Origin: Myxococcota bacterium
GTDB lineage: Bacteria > Myxococcota_A > UBA9160 > UBA6930
Assembly (NCBI GenBank): GCA_965223415.1
Contig: OZ245002.1
Location: forward strand, 3,744,001-3,808,000
Length of the DNA stretch: 64,000 bases
Direction of reading: 5' to 3'
Shown here: positions 11,161-22,845 of the stretch, in pieces
Layout of the letters: each line of letters opens with the position of its first letter
Position numbering within the stretch: the first letter of the stretch is position 1
Program-made: the position numbers and the translations under genes
Notes under the pieces: generated by a model
Told to the model about the DNA's origin: nothing
The model's input: only the letters and a program-made list of their open reading frames with translations
Database searches by the model: none

Positions 11161-11766
11161 ATGGACCGGGTGCGTCTGCGCTGGCAGCTGGCTCGGCACC
11201 CGGGCCTCTCGGTCCACCCCAGCGCCAGCAGTGCCTTCGGCTGCGCCCGCCTCCAGCTCGCCCCCGGCGCCCGGGTGACCATCGGGGCCGGCGTCGCCAC
11301 GGAGCGGCGGCCCGGCTGGCTCAACCTGCTCGTGCACGAGGGCGGCGAGATCGTCGTCGAGGAGGGAACCTGGCTGCGCACCGAGGTCGCTCCCGTGACC
11401 CTGGTGGCCTACCCGGGCGGGCGGCTCGTCCTCGGGCCCGCGAGCTTCGTGAACGGGGCCCACCTGAGTGCCAAGACCGAGGTGCGGCTCGGGCGAAAGG
11501 CCCAGATCGGCCCGAACAGCAAGGTCTACGACGCCGACCAGCACGATCTCGACGACGCCCGCCCCGAAGGTCGGGCCCCGGTGAGCGTCGGTGACCACGC
11601 CTGGATCGCCTCGGACGTCACCGTCATGAAGGGCGTCACGATCGGGCCCCACGCCATCGTCGGCGCCCGCTCTGTCGTCAACCGCGACGTCCCCGCCCAC
11701 GAGTTCTGGGCCGGCTCCCCCGCCCGCCCCCTCGGCCCCGTCGGCGACCGCACCCACGCCCGCTGA
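11161..11766 (+). CDS. Hexapeptide-repeat acyltransferase (maltose/galactoside O-acetyltransferase-like)
   Basis: DQH, VGDHAWIA, KGVTIG, VGARSVV and AGSPAR. The start may instead be TTG 11110. Confidence 0.82.
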   Translation: MDRVRLRWQLARHPGLSVHPSASSAFGCARLQLAPGARVTIGAGVATERRPGWLNLLVHEGGEIVVEEGTWLRTEVAPVTLVAYPGGRLVLGPASFVNGAHLSAKTEVRLGRKAQIGPNSKVYDADQHDLDDARPEGRAPVSVGDHAWIASDVTVMKGVTIGPHAIVGARSVVNRDVPAHEFWAGSPARPLGPVGDRTHAR

Positions 11767-11773
11767 CCCACAC

Positions 11774-11806
11774 CGCAAGACTGGGGACGTTCCTTGCATC
11801 TTGCGC
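11774..11806. repeat. REP-like hairpin, GGGACGTTCCTT family (single copy)
   Basis: CGCAAGActGGGGACGTTCCTTgcaTCTTGCGc; differs at 2 positions from an arm of the 43066 palindrome. Confidence 0.8.
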
Positions 11807-11830
11807 CCTCGGCGGCGCTACCGTCGGGCC

Positions 11831-12745
11831 ATGGCGCAGAAGATCGCGTACTTCGGTCAGGCCCCCTTCGGCCGCGACGTCCTGGTGAAGCTGCTCGACG
11901 CGGGTCACGAGATCGTCGGGGTCTACGCGCCGCGGGAGGGCAAGCGGCCGGATCCCCTGGCGGAAGAGGCGGCGGCGCGGGGCCTCCGCCTCTTCCGCTA
12001 CGGCGCGATGAGACGCAAAGGCGAGCCGATCGCCGAGCGGGTCGCGGAGCACGCGGCCCTCGGGGCGGACCTGAACGTGCTGGCCTTCGTCACGATGATC
12101 CTGCCGGAAGCCGTGGTCGAGGCGCCGCGGCACGGATCCCTCTGCTTCCACCCCTCGTTGCTGCCGAAGTTCCGCGGTGGAAACGCCCTGGCGTGGCAGA
12201 TCATCGAGGGCGAGCGCGAGGCCGGGGTGACGGTCTTCCGGCCGGACGCCGGTGTCGACACCGGCCCCATCGTCGTGCAGAAGGGCGGAGTGGCCATCGA
12301 GCCCCATCACACCGCCGCCAGCCTGTACTTCGAGCGGCTCTACGACCTGGGTGTCGAGGCCATGTGCGAGGCGGTGGCGTTGGTCGATCGGGGCGAGGCC
12401 GAGGCCCGACCCCAGGACGAGAGCCAGTCGAGCTTCCAGGGGCTGGTGGACGATGCCGTGGCGGCCGTCGACTGGTCGCGACCGGCGGTGGAGCTGGACC
12501 GGCTCGCCCGCGGCTGCGACCCCCAGCCCGGCGCCCACACGCAGCTCGACGGGCGGCGGCTACGGCTCTTCGACGTGGTGCTCGCGGAAGGCCAGGGCGC
12601 GCCCGGGGAGGTGATCGGGCACGACGCGGGTGCCGCCCTCGTCGCGGCACCGGGAGGCGCCCTCCGGGTCGGCCGGGTTCGCCCTGCCGGGGCGGCCAAG
12701 CAGCCGGCCGCGGACGTGCTGGAGCGCGGTGTCCGTCTCGGCTGA
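11831..12745 (+). CDS. Formyltransferase family protein resembling the N-terminal domain of 10-formyl-THF dehydrogenase (ALDH1L)
   Basis: HPSLLPKFRG and GVDTGP; N-terminus GQAPFG..., ALGADLNVLAF and PRHGS resemble ALDH1L more than canonical Fmt. Confidence 0.8.
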   Translation: MAQKIAYFGQAPFGRDVLVKLLDAGHEIVGVYAPREGKRPDPLAEEAAARGLRLFRYGAMRRKGEPIAERVAEHAALGADLNVLAFVTMILPEAVVEAPRHGSLCFHPSLLPKFRGGNALAWQIIEGEREAGVTVFRPDAGVDTGPIVVQKGGVAIEPHHTAASLYFERLYDLGVEAMCEAVALVDRGEAEARPQDESQSSFQGLVDDAVAAVDWSRPAVELDRLARGCDPQPGAHTQLDGRRLRLFDVVLAEGQGAPGEVIGHDAGAALVAAPGGALRVGRVRPAGAAKQPAADVLERGVRLG

Positions 12746-13460
12746 GTTGCCGGAAGAGGCCCGTCGTGTCCTCGAAGCCGGCGGGCTCGACGTGCTCGGC
12801 GCGGCGGACCTGCGGGCCTGGGACGACGCGGCGCCACCCAGCCTGCAGGGCCGGGGCCTGCTTCCGGAAGCCGCCGGCGTCCTCGTGGTGGGCGCCGGTC
12901 GTGCGCTGTTCGAAGGGCTCGCCTGGACCGGGCCGGACCCCCTGGATCGCCACACCGAAGCCGTGGTCGACCGGGCGGTGGCCACCCTGGAGCGGGCCGG
13001 TCACCGGGCCCGGGCCGTGCTCGCCCACCGCCCCGCCGCCGACGGCCACGCCGACTTCGTGGCGTTGGGCCGCGCCGCCGGCCTGGGCTGGCCGAGCCGG
13101 CTGGGCCTGCTCCTCCACCCGGAGCGAGGGCCCTGGTGGAGCCTTCGCGCCGGCATCCTGACCGATCTGGCCCTGTCCCCGGGCACGCCGCTTTCCGGCG
13201 CCGGCCCCTGCGCGGACTGCCCGGCACCCTGTACGGCCGCCTGTCCCGCGGACGCGCCCCGGCCCGAGGGCTTCTCGGTCTCCCGCTGCGGAGAGGTGCG
13301 CCGCGCCGCCACGCCCTGCGCCATCCTCTGCCACGCCCGGCGCGCCTGCCCCCTCGGCCAGGGCCACGCCTACCCCCCCGCCGCCGAGGCCCACGTCATG
13401 CGCGCCTCCAGGAGTTCAATGGCGGGGCCAGCGTCGAGGCTTCCGCTCTCGGAGAACTGA
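12729..13460 (+). CDS. CblC/QueG-like putative cobalamin-binding protein with C-terminal Fe-S domain
   Basis: [17 protein letters not shown] motif; [13 protein letters not shown] plus further Cys ending RRACP. Confidence 0.65.
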   Translation: MSVSAELPEEARRVLEAGGLDVLGAADLRAWDDAAPPSLQGRGLLPEAAGVLVVGAGRALFEGLAWTGPDPLDRHTEAVVDRAVATLERAGHRARAVLAHRPAADGHADFVALGRAAGLGWPSRLGLLLHPERGPWWSLRAGILTDLALSPGTPLSGAGPCADCPAPCTAACPADAPRPEGFSVSRCGEVRRAATPCAILCHARRACPLGQGHAYPPAAEAHVMRASRSSMAGPASRLPLSEN

Positions 13461-13728
13461 GCTCACGCCCCTGTTCCCCGAGGGGATGACGCGGTGCGTC
13501 CAGGTTGCGTCGAGGGGGAAAGGGATTATTTTTCGCGGCGTCTCACGGGGAGGCTGCGCTCGTCCGATCAGGCCCCCGGGCCCTGGGACTCCCGGGTGCC
13601 TGCGCCTGGTAGCCCCCCGAACGACGGATGACGCGCCACCGCGGTCGTTCCATTTTCTTGGGGCACCGCCCTGTGGATCCTTCCATTCTCCAAACCGCTC
13701 GACCACCGAGCGCTCGGCGGACCCGGCC

Positions 13729-15822
<2,094 letters not shown>

Positions 15823-15831
15823 GATCCCCCC

Positions 15832-16521
15832 ATGGATTCGAAGTTCCTGAATGCCAGGAGCCCGCTGCGGCTGCTGGAGAAGGGCCTCCACGGAGGCCTC
15901 GGCGACGGCAACCTGGGCCTCGTCCTCGCGGGCCACGGCGTCGGCAAGACCTCCTTCCTGGTCGGCGTGGCGCTCGACGACCTGCTGCGCGGCCAGCCCG
16001 TGCTGCACGTGGCCCTCGACCAGACCGTCGCCCACACCCGCGCCTACTACGACACCGTGTTCGACGACTACGCCTCCCACGCCCACCTGGATGACGAAGC
16101 CGTCGTGCACTCCGAGGTGGACCGGCTGCGCAGCATCCGCGCCTATCCGCCCCAGGGCTTCGACGCGGCCAAGCTCCGCGAGGCGCTCAAGCACGAGGCG
16201 GAGGCGGCGGGCGCGCCGCGGGTGGTGATCCTGGAGGGCTACGACCTGGCCGCGGCCCAGGACGCCGAGCTCGGCGACCTGCGCAGCCTGGCCAGGGAGC
16301 AGGGGTTCGAGATCTGGCTGGGTTTCGCCTGCGAGACCGAGACCATCGGCGATCTGCCGCCGGAGGTCGGCCACGGTCGGGAGGCCTTCGACGTGATCCT
16401 GGCCCTCGAGCCCGGCAGCGACACCGTGGCCCTGCGCGCGCTGAAGGACCACGACAACCCGGACGTGGCGAACCTCCACGTGGCCCTGGATCCGAAGACC
16501 CTGCTGCTGACGCGCTCCTAG
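15832..16521 (+). CDS. RecA/KaiC/DnaB-like P-loop NTPase of unknown function
   Basis: GGLGDGNLGLVLAGHGVGKT Walker A; 9 bp after the fusA stop. Confidence 0.7.
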   Translation: MDSKFLNARSPLRLLEKGLHGGLGDGNLGLVLAGHGVGKTSFLVGVALDDLLRGQPVLHVALDQTVAHTRAYYDTVFDDYASHAHLDDEAVVHSEVDRLRSIRAYPPQGFDAAKLREALKHEAEAAGAPRVVILEGYDLAAAQDAELGDLRSLAREQGFEIWLGFACETETIGDLPPEVGHGREAFDVILALEPGSDTVALRALKDHDNPDVANLHVALDPKTLLLTRS

Positions 16522-17033
16522 CTCCCGGCGCGGCGCCTCGGGAACGAGAGCAGCGCCAGACCGAGCAGCGTCGCCGCGACAGGCTCGGGCACCACCGAGA
16601 CGTTGCCGCGGATCTCGCCCAGCCCGTTGAAGACGCTGTGCACGTTGATGTACCAGAGGCCTGCGAGCAGGTCGTTCGCCTCGGTGGGCGTGAGGGTCTG
16701 GCTTCCGTTGGAGGTGCCCGAGCGGTTGCCCGGGTTCAACACCACCGGCGTCGTGAAGATCACCGCTCCGTTCTGGTTGGCCGGTGCCGGGCCGTGGAAG
16801 TGCGCCACCTGGAAGTCTCCGAGCAGCCCGGAGAAGGAGTAGGACCAGGTGAGCAGGTTCGTCTGGTCGTCGAAGGTGAGGGTGGCGGAGCCTGTGGCCG
16901 TGGATCCGGTGCCGGCCCCCGAGTTGGCCTGGGCCCCGTCGATCGTCGCGGCCAGCTGGATCGTGGCGGCGCCCGCCGGAGCGATCAGCAGGACGGCCAG
17001 GGAATACGTCGCGAGAGCGAAGCGGAGGGACAT
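16518..17033 (-). CDS. CHRD-domain protein with PEP-CTERM sorting signal
   Basis: AHFHGPA and YINVHS...GEIRG (CHRD); VPEP + hydrophobic stretch + RRR. Confidence 0.9.
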   Translation of the reverse strand: MSLRFALATYSLAVLLIAPAGAATIQLAATIDGAQANSGAGTGSTATGSATLTFDDQTNLLTWSYSFSGLLGDFQVAHFHGPAPANQNGAVIFTTPVVLNPGNRSGTSNGSQTLTPTEANDLLAGLWYINVHSVFNGLGEIRGNVSVVPEPVAATLLGLALLSFPRRRAGS

Positions 17034-17145
17034 GGGGGCTCCTTCCCCGTCCCGGTAGGGCCATCGTGCCACGCCTCGCCCAGGGCGGGCAAGGCCCCTC
17101 GGGGAGGCGAGACACTCCACTGCCGGAGTGGCATCATGGCCGGCC

Positions 17146-18372
17146 GTGAATGCCCCCGAACTCTTCCTTGTCGTGAGCCTGATCGGCGCCGCTTTCACCG
17201 CCAGCGCCCTCGTCCAGGCACGCCGCATCTCCGCCCTCAGCTTCCCCTACTTCATGGGTGCCTGGCTGACCGGGGAGCTGCCCCTCCACCACCTGGCCTG
17301 GCAGGCCGTCGCGACGCTGATCTTCGGCGCCTTCGGTGCCTTCGAGACCTCCACGGGTCTGCTGGGCCTGGCCATCACCTTCGCGAGCTGGACCGGGCTC
17401 CTCGTGATCCACGGCCGCGCGCTGCGCGCCCAGGAGACGACCCGCGGCGCCCTCGCGGAGCACGGCCTCACCGCCGAGGAGGACGTCGCACCCTGGCACG
17501 GCCTGCGCCCCTTCCGCATGAAGCGGCCCGGCGTGGAGGTGCTGCGCGGGCGCGAGTACGGCCCGTCCCTTCCCGGCGACAAGGGCGGACGCAACCGCGT
17601 CGACGTCGTGCGGCCCCGGGAGCCCGGCGCGGGCCGGCCGGCGCTGCTCCAGGTGCACGGCGGCGGCTGGGTGATCGGCGAGAAGGACCAGCAGGGCCAG
17701 CCGCTGATGCATCACCTCGCCGAGCGCGGCTGGGTCTGCTTCGCGCCGAACTACCGCCTCTCTCCCAAGGCGACCTTCCCGGACCACATCGTCGACGTGA
17801 AGCGCGCCCTCGTGTGGATGCGCGAGCACGCCGAGGAGTTCGGCATCGACCCGGACTTCGTCGCGGTCACCGGCGGCTCGGCGGGCGGGCACCTGTGCGC
17901 GCTCACGGCCCTCTCCCAGAACGACCCGGTGTTCCAGCCCGGCTTCGAATCGGGCGACACGCGCATCGCCGCCGCCGTGCCGTTCTACGGCGTGTATGAC
18001 TTCCTGGACCGCCAAGGCATCCGCGGCTCCCAGGCCATGGCGCCCTTCCTCGCCAAGCAGGTGATGAAGTGCGCGCCGGAGGAGAACCCGGAGCTGTGGG
18101 AGGCCGCCTCGCCCATCTCGCGGATCTCGAGCGACGCGCCGCCTTTCCTGGTCGTCCAGGGCACCCACGACTCGCTCGTCTTCGTCGAGGAGGCGCGCAG
18201 CTTCGTGCAGGCACTGCGGGAGAAGTCCCCGAACCCGGTGCTCTACCTGGAGCTCGACGGCGCCCAGCACGCCTTCGACACCTTCCACTCAGTGCGCTCC
18301 GCTCACGCGGTGCGAGCCGCGACCGCCTTCCTCGAGGACACCTACCGCCGCCACGTCGAGCAGGCGGCCTAG
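17146..18372 (+). CDS. Membrane-anchored alpha/beta hydrolase (HSL-type esterase)
   Basis: HGGGW, GGSAGG, HD and HAFD; N-terminal TM helices. Confidence 0.9.
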   Translation: MNAPELFLVVSLIGAAFTASALVQARRISALSFPYFMGAWLTGELPLHHLAWQAVATLIFGAFGAFETSTGLLGLAITFASWTGLLVIHGRALRAQETTRGALAEHGLTAEEDVAPWHGLRPFRMKRPGVEVLRGREYGPSLPGDKGGRNRVDVVRPREPGAGRPALLQVHGGGWVIGEKDQQGQPLMHHLAERGWVCFAPNYRLSPKATFPDHIVDVKRALVWMREHAEEFGIDPDFVAVTGGSAGGHLCALTALSQNDPVFQPGFESGDTRIAAAVPFYGVYDFLDRQGIRGSQAMAPFLAKQVMKCAPEENPELWEAASPISRISSDAPPFLVVQGTHDSLVFVEEARSFVQALREKSPNPVLYLELDGAQHAFDTFHSVRSAHAVRAATAFLEDTYRRHVEQAA

Positions 18373-18384
18373 GAGAACCCACTC

Positions 18385-19815
18385 ATGCCCCCCAGCTATC
18401 GCTACGACCGTCTCTCCGCCCAGGACAACAGCTTCCTCCTGAGCGAGACGCCGAACACCCACATGCACGTGGCCGGGCTGCAGATCTTCGAGCTCGGGGA
18501 CCTCGCCACTGAGCAGGGCGGCGTGGACATGGAGGCCATCAAGGCCAAGACCGAGGCGCTCCTCCACCTGATCCCGCGCTACCGGCAGAAGATCCAGTGG
18601 ACGCCGATCACCGAGGACCCGGTGTGGGTGGACGACGCGGACTTCAACCTCGACTACCACATGCGCCACACCAGCCTGCCGCGCCCCGGGAGCCTGGATC
18701 AGCTCAAGAAGCTGGCGGCCCGGGTGATGGCCCAGCAGCTCGACCGCGAGCGCCCGCTCTGGGAGATGTGGGTGGTCGAGGGCCTGCAGGGCGACCGCTT
18801 CGCGATGGTGAGCAAGATCCACCACTGCATGATCGACGGCATGAGCGGTGTCGACCTGGCCCAGATCCTGATGGACACGAAGCCGACGAAGGAGGTCCCG
18901 GAGCCCGTGCGCTACATCCCGAAGCCCGCGCCATCGGGGCAGGAGCTGCTGCGGGACGCGCTGACCCATCGCCTCGGCATGCCCTTCCGCGCCGTTCGCG
19001 GCTACCGGGAGTTCCGCAAGGAGACCGAGGACGCGAGTACGGAGATCCGTGTACGGCTGAGGGCGCTGGGCGACCTCGTGAACCAGGCGATGGATCCGCC
19101 GTCCGAGACGCCGATCAACGGGCCGCTCGGTCCCCACCGACGCTTCGACTGGCTCTCCATGCCCCTCGCCGAGGTGAAGGACGTGCGGCGCGCATCCGAG
19201 GCGACGGTGAACGACGTCGTGCTGAACACCGCCGCCGGCGCATTCCGCCGCTACATGCTTCACCGCAACTGCGATCCGGCCGAGATCCGCTTCCGCATCT
19301 CGGCGCCGGTCTCGATGCGCCGGGACGAGGAGAAGGGCAAGCTCGGTAATCGCGTCTCCACCTGGCAGGTCGACCTTCCCCTGGAGGAGGCCGATCCGGT
19401 CGAGCGGCTGCGGATGATCCACGAGACCACGCGGGAGCTGAAGGAGAACAACTCCGCCCTCGGCATCGAGATGATCATGCGGGTCGCGGAGTGGACGCCG
19501 CCGGTGCTGCTCTCCCTCGGCGCCCAGTCGATCGACGGAATGACGAACTCCATCATCACCAACGTGCCTGGGCCCCAGTTCCCCCTCTACATGCTCGGCG
19601 CGAAGCTCGTGGAGATGATGCCGGTCGTGCCGCTGCTCGCCGGCGTCGGCCTGGGCATCGCGCTCTTCAGCTACGACGGCAAGCTCACCTGGGGCATCAA
19701 CGCCGACTACAACCTCGTGCCCGACCTGCCGGTGTTCACGGGCATGGTGAAGGAGAGCTTCGTCGAGTTCGCCGAGGCGGTGGGAGTGGAGGTTCGGGGG
19801 GAGATGGCGGCCTAG
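18385..19815 (+). CDS. Wax ester synthase / diacylglycerol acyltransferase (WS/DGAT)
   Basis: RLSAQD, PLWE, HHCMIDG and TNVPGP. Confidence 0.95.
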   Translation: MPPSYRYDRLSAQDNSFLLSETPNTHMHVAGLQIFELGDLATEQGGVDMEAIKAKTEALLHLIPRYRQKIQWTPITEDPVWVDDADFNLDYHMRHTSLPRPGSLDQLKKLAARVMAQQLDRERPLWEMWVVEGLQGDRFAMVSKIHHCMIDGMSGVDLAQILMDTKPTKEVPEPVRYIPKPAPSGQELLRDALTHRLGMPFRAVRGYREFRKETEDASTEIRVRLRALGDLVNQAMDPPSETPINGPLGPHRRFDWLSMPLAEVKDVRRASEATVNDVVLNTAAGAFRRYMLHRNCDPAEIRFRISAPVSMRRDEEKGKLGNRVSTWQVDLPLEEADPVERLRMIHETTRELKENNSALGIEMIMRVAEWTPPVLLSLGAQSIDGMTNSIITNVPGPQFPLYMLGAKLVEMMPVVPLLAGVGLGIALFSYDGKLTWGINADYNLVPDLPVFTGMVKESFVEFAEAVGVEVRGEMAA

Positions 19816-20044
19816 GGTCGGGGGGTCGCTTCGCTTCCTGCTCGGCGGGGGTGCCGAGCGGCGGAGGCGGGGGCCGGCCGGGCTCCATGGCTCGCTGCGG
19901 CCTTCGAACGCGCGCGGACGGCGGGAGGACGCCGCGGGGGATGAGGGCGCGTACTCGAAGGCCTTGCTGCGCTTGACTTCCGCCCGTCCGGCCCCCACCC
20001 CCGCCGCCCCGCGATCCGCCTCGAGACGCGAAGCGGCGCCTCTA
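19813..20044. repeat. Rod-like structured repeat / MITE-like element, copy 1
   Basis: Core 19882-19983 shared with two other copies; inverted termini with CGCTTCGC/GCGAAGCG. Confidence 0.85.
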
Positions 20045-20566
20045 CTCGTCCCCCCGCAGCTCCGGGAGCTGGTCGCGGTACCGGGAGCGGTAGGCGTTGG
20101 CCTCGGCGCGGGTGAAGCCGAGCTCGTCGGCGATGGCGAGGATCTCGCCGGACTCGGGGCCGGAGATGGTGCCGTCGGCAGCGGCGACGGCGTAGAGGCA
20201 CTCGAGGAGCTTCACCCGCTGGTCGCGGGTGGTGTGGCTGCGGAACTCTCGGGTGACCACGTAGTTCTCGGTGCCGCCGAGGAGTCGCGCCTGGCTCTTG
20301 GCGATCTCGACGACCAGGTCGGTCTCCTCGTCTCCCAGCTCGGCCAGCTCGTGGATGATGCGGCGCATGGCGTCCGCCTCTTCCGGCGCGATCTCGAGGT
20401 CCGCATGGGCGACGCGGGCGAGGACGTAGGCGAAGCCGGCCAGGAAGCGAGAGGTCTCCGGGTCCAGGCGCTCCAGGCGCTCGGCGATGGCGCGGACGGT
20501 GGCGGTCTCGCCCCCGTCGGGGCGATCGTCCTTGCCCCCGATCCCGAGGAAGCGCAGCAACGACAT
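20042..20566 (-). CDS. TerB-family protein
   Basis: LARVAHADLEI and AVAAADGTIS: two TerB-type motifs. Confidence 0.85.
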   Translation of the reverse strand: MSLLRFLGIGGKDDRPDGGETATVRAIAERLERLDPETSRFLAGFAYVLARVAHADLEIAPEEADAMRRIIHELAELGDEETDLVVEIAKSQARLLGGTENYVVTREFRSHTTRDQRVKLLECLYAVAAADGTISGPESGEILAIADELGFTRAEANAYRSRYRDQLPELRGDE

Positions 20567-20601
20567 GGCCCCGGATCCTAGAGCAAGGCTACGCTGGCGC
20601 C

Positions 20602-20967
20602 ATGAGCCTTCCCACCTCCGACGACGAGCTGGTCCTCCTCCACAACCCGCGCTGCTCGAAGAGCCGGGCGACGAAGGCACTCCTGGAAGAGCGCGGCGCG
20701 AGCTTCACCGAGCGTCTCTACCTGGAAGCGCCGCTCTCCCGCGAGGAGCTCGAGGATCTCGCCGCTCGCCTCGGCAAGCCGGTCGGCGAGTGGGTGCGCC
20801 GCAAGGAGGCGGCCTTCGGCGAAGCCGGCCTCCGGGGCGAGAGCTCCGACGCCGAGATTCTCGACGCCATGGTCGCCCACCCCATCCTGATGGAGCGCCC
20901 GATCCTCGTGCGCGGCAAGCGCGCGGCGGTCGGCCGGCCGCCGGAGGACGTGCTGGGGCTGCTCTAG
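20602..20967 (+). CDS. arsC: Arsenate reductase, ArsC (glutaredoxin-type) family
   Basis: HNPRCSKSR, HPILMERPI and GRPPE. Confidence 0.85.
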   Translation: MSLPTSDDELVLLHNPRCSKSRATKALLEERGASFTERLYLEAPLSREELEDLAARLGKPVGEWVRRKEAAFGEAGLRGESSDAEILDAMVAHPILMERPILVRGKRAAVGRPPEDVLGLL

Positions 20968-20996
20968 CCCCACGCCGAAGCACGACGGCGATTCGC

Positions 20997-21680
20997 CTAC
21001 CAGGCCTCGATCGGCTGGGTACAGCGCGACACTTCCAGCCCCTCGCGAGAGTGGCTCGTGTAGAGGCCGCACCCGCGCACGTGCGCCCGGTAGTCGTCGC
21101 GTTCGACCGCCGACACGTCGTCGAGGCGAGCCACGACGAGGCTGCCGACGCCCAGCCGTCCGTGTCGCTCGGCGTGGCGCAGGTCGGCAAGGAAGTGGGC
21201 GGGGTCGTGGGCGAGGAGGAGTAGATCGAAGCGACGGTGTAGGCTCGGAATGGCGTCGAGCACCGAGCAGGCGAGCACGTCGAGCCGGTCCGAGAGGGCG
21301 GCGTGGTCCGTGAGCTGTTGGAGACGGCTGCGGCGCCGGGGCGAGGGCTCCACCAGGGTGAGCCGTTCGTCGCCGCCGAGTGCGCGGGCGAGCCGGAGCG
21401 CCGCCTCGCCGCTGCCGGCCCCGAGCTGGAGGAAGGCTCGGAAGCCGGCGCTGCCCGCGACCTCCTCCAGGACGGCGCCGCGGCGGGGGCCGAGCACGCC
21501 CCGCTTCGCGCCTTCGCTGGCTCGCGAGAGGGCGTCCAGCAGGGTTTCGGCGTCTCGTTCGGGCGCCTCCCGGCAGGCGGCGGCCGCGAGCCGGTCGAGG
21601 GGGTGGGAGCTGGGGCGGAGCCGGCTTCGCAGCTGGTCACGGAGCCGGCGCCAGCCTGAGGCGGGCGCGGGGTCACTCAT
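20997..21680 (-). CDS. Catechol-O-methyltransferase-like protein with degenerate metal ligands
   Basis: LQLGAGSGEAAL SAM loop; FDLLLLAH...FLADL. Alternative start 21716. Confidence 0.65.
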   Translation of the reverse strand: MSDPAPASGWRRLRDQLRSRLRPSSHPLDRLAAAACREAPERDAETLLDALSRASEGAKRGVLGPRRGAVLEEVAGSAGFRAFLQLGAGSGEAALRLARALGGDERLTLVEPSPRRRSRLQQLTDHAALSDRLDVLACSVLDAIPSLHRRFDLLLLAHDPAHFLADLRHAERHGRLGVGSLVVARLDDVSAVERDDYRAHVRGCGLYTSHSREGLEVSRCTQPIEAW

Positions 21681-21738
21681 CACGGGCGCTCGGGAGGTAC
21701 AGGGCGTGGACTCCATCGTGGGAGGCACCGGGGGATCC

Positions 21739-21753
21739 GCAAGCAGCGTGCCA
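21739..21753 (-). promoter_or_regulatory. Sigma54 -24/-12 promoter
   Basis: Minus strand TGGCACGCTGCTTGC is a full TGGCAC-N5-TTGC consensus just upstream of the methyltransferase. Confidence 0.7.
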
Positions 21754-21983
21754 TCGGGCCGGCCGCGCGCATCCCGCCCGGCTGCAGCCGGTTGGCGGGT
21801 TCCCCCGCTGGACGGCTCCGGCCGTGCGCCCCGAAATGGGGTCCCCGGAAGCCTCACGCGAGGCGCGGCGCCCCTGTGTTCCGGTGACAGCCGCCGCCCG
21901 GGAGGGGCACGGGGCTTGCAGCCGACTCGCCACCGGGGAGGACGCCCGTGAAGAGGAGGAGGCGGCCACGCCCGACGAGGACG

Positions 21984-22811
21984 ATGATGATCAAGCACGA
22001 GCTCAACCAGGACTTCGAGTGGCGCAACCACCGCGGGCCCTTCCGACTGATCAGCGAGGACCAGGCCCGGCAGTTCGACGAGCAGGGATTCCTGGTCTTC
22101 CCCCAGGTCTTCTCTCCGGAGACGATCGACGCGCTCCTCGAGGAGCTCGACCCCCTCGAGAGGGAATTCGAGGAGCTGATCGACGCGCAGTTCGGCGGAC
22201 GGATGTTCATCGCCCGCTCCGGCGAGATCACCTTCACGCCCCACATGGTGACGCGCTCGCCGAGAGCGAAGGCGTTGACCCGCTGCGCCTTCTTCCGCGA
22301 CCTCGCGCACGACCTGCTCGGCGACGACGTGCGGCTCTACTGGGATCAGGCCGTGTACAAGAAGCCGGGAACGACCGACGGGTTCCCGTGGCACCAGGAC
22401 AACGGCTACACCTACGTCGACCCCCAGCAGTACCTCACCTGCTGGGTGGCGCTGACGGACGCCGACGAGGAGAACGGCTGCCCGGTCGTGGTCCCGGGCC
22501 TCCATCGGGAGGGAACCTGGGCCCACGAGCTGACCGATCTGGGCTTCGACTGCGGCGTCGACGAGGACGCCTGCGAGCTGATCGCCGCGCCGGCCCGCGC
22601 GGGCGACGTGGTGGTCTTCTCATCCCTCACGCCCCACAAGACCGGCCCGAACCGGACCGCGGATCGCCCCCGCAAGGCCTACATCGTGCAGTTCGCTCCG
22701 GACGGAGCCGCGGTCGTACAGAACGAGGGCGGCCGGCTGGCCCGGCACCCCTGCGAAGCTCCCGACCGCCAATATCCCATCCTCGTCGGCGGGCGGGCGC
22801 CGGGCGCCTGA
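21984..22811 (+). CDS. Phytanoyl-CoA dioxygenase (PhyH) family Fe/2OG enzyme
   Basis: WHQD, CWVALTD, NGC and PHKTGPN. Confidence 0.92.
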   Translation: MMIKHELNQDFEWRNHRGPFRLISEDQARQFDEQGFLVFPQVFSPETIDALLEELDPLEREFEELIDAQFGGRMFIARSGEITFTPHMVTRSPRAKALTRCAFFRDLAHDLLGDDVRLYWDQAVYKKPGTTDGFPWHQDNGYTYVDPQQYLTCWVALTDADEENGCPVVVPGLHREGTWAHELTDLGFDCGVDEDACELIAAPARAGDVVVFSSLTPHKTGPNRTADRPRKAYIVQFAPDGAAVVQNEGGRLARHPCEAPDRQYPILVGGRAPGA

Positions 22812-22845
22812 AGTCTCCACGCACGCCTGCGAGGGCCCGGGTGGA

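Noticed and set aside
17057..17071. Sigma54 promoter for the PEP-CTERM gene (TGGCACG on the minus strand)
   Set aside because: The -12 TTGC element is absent.
21754..21983. Riboswitch in the methyltransferase/phyH intergenic region
   Set aside because: GC-rich hairpins are possible, but I recognised no conserved riboswitch motif; a cmscan against Rfam would settle it.
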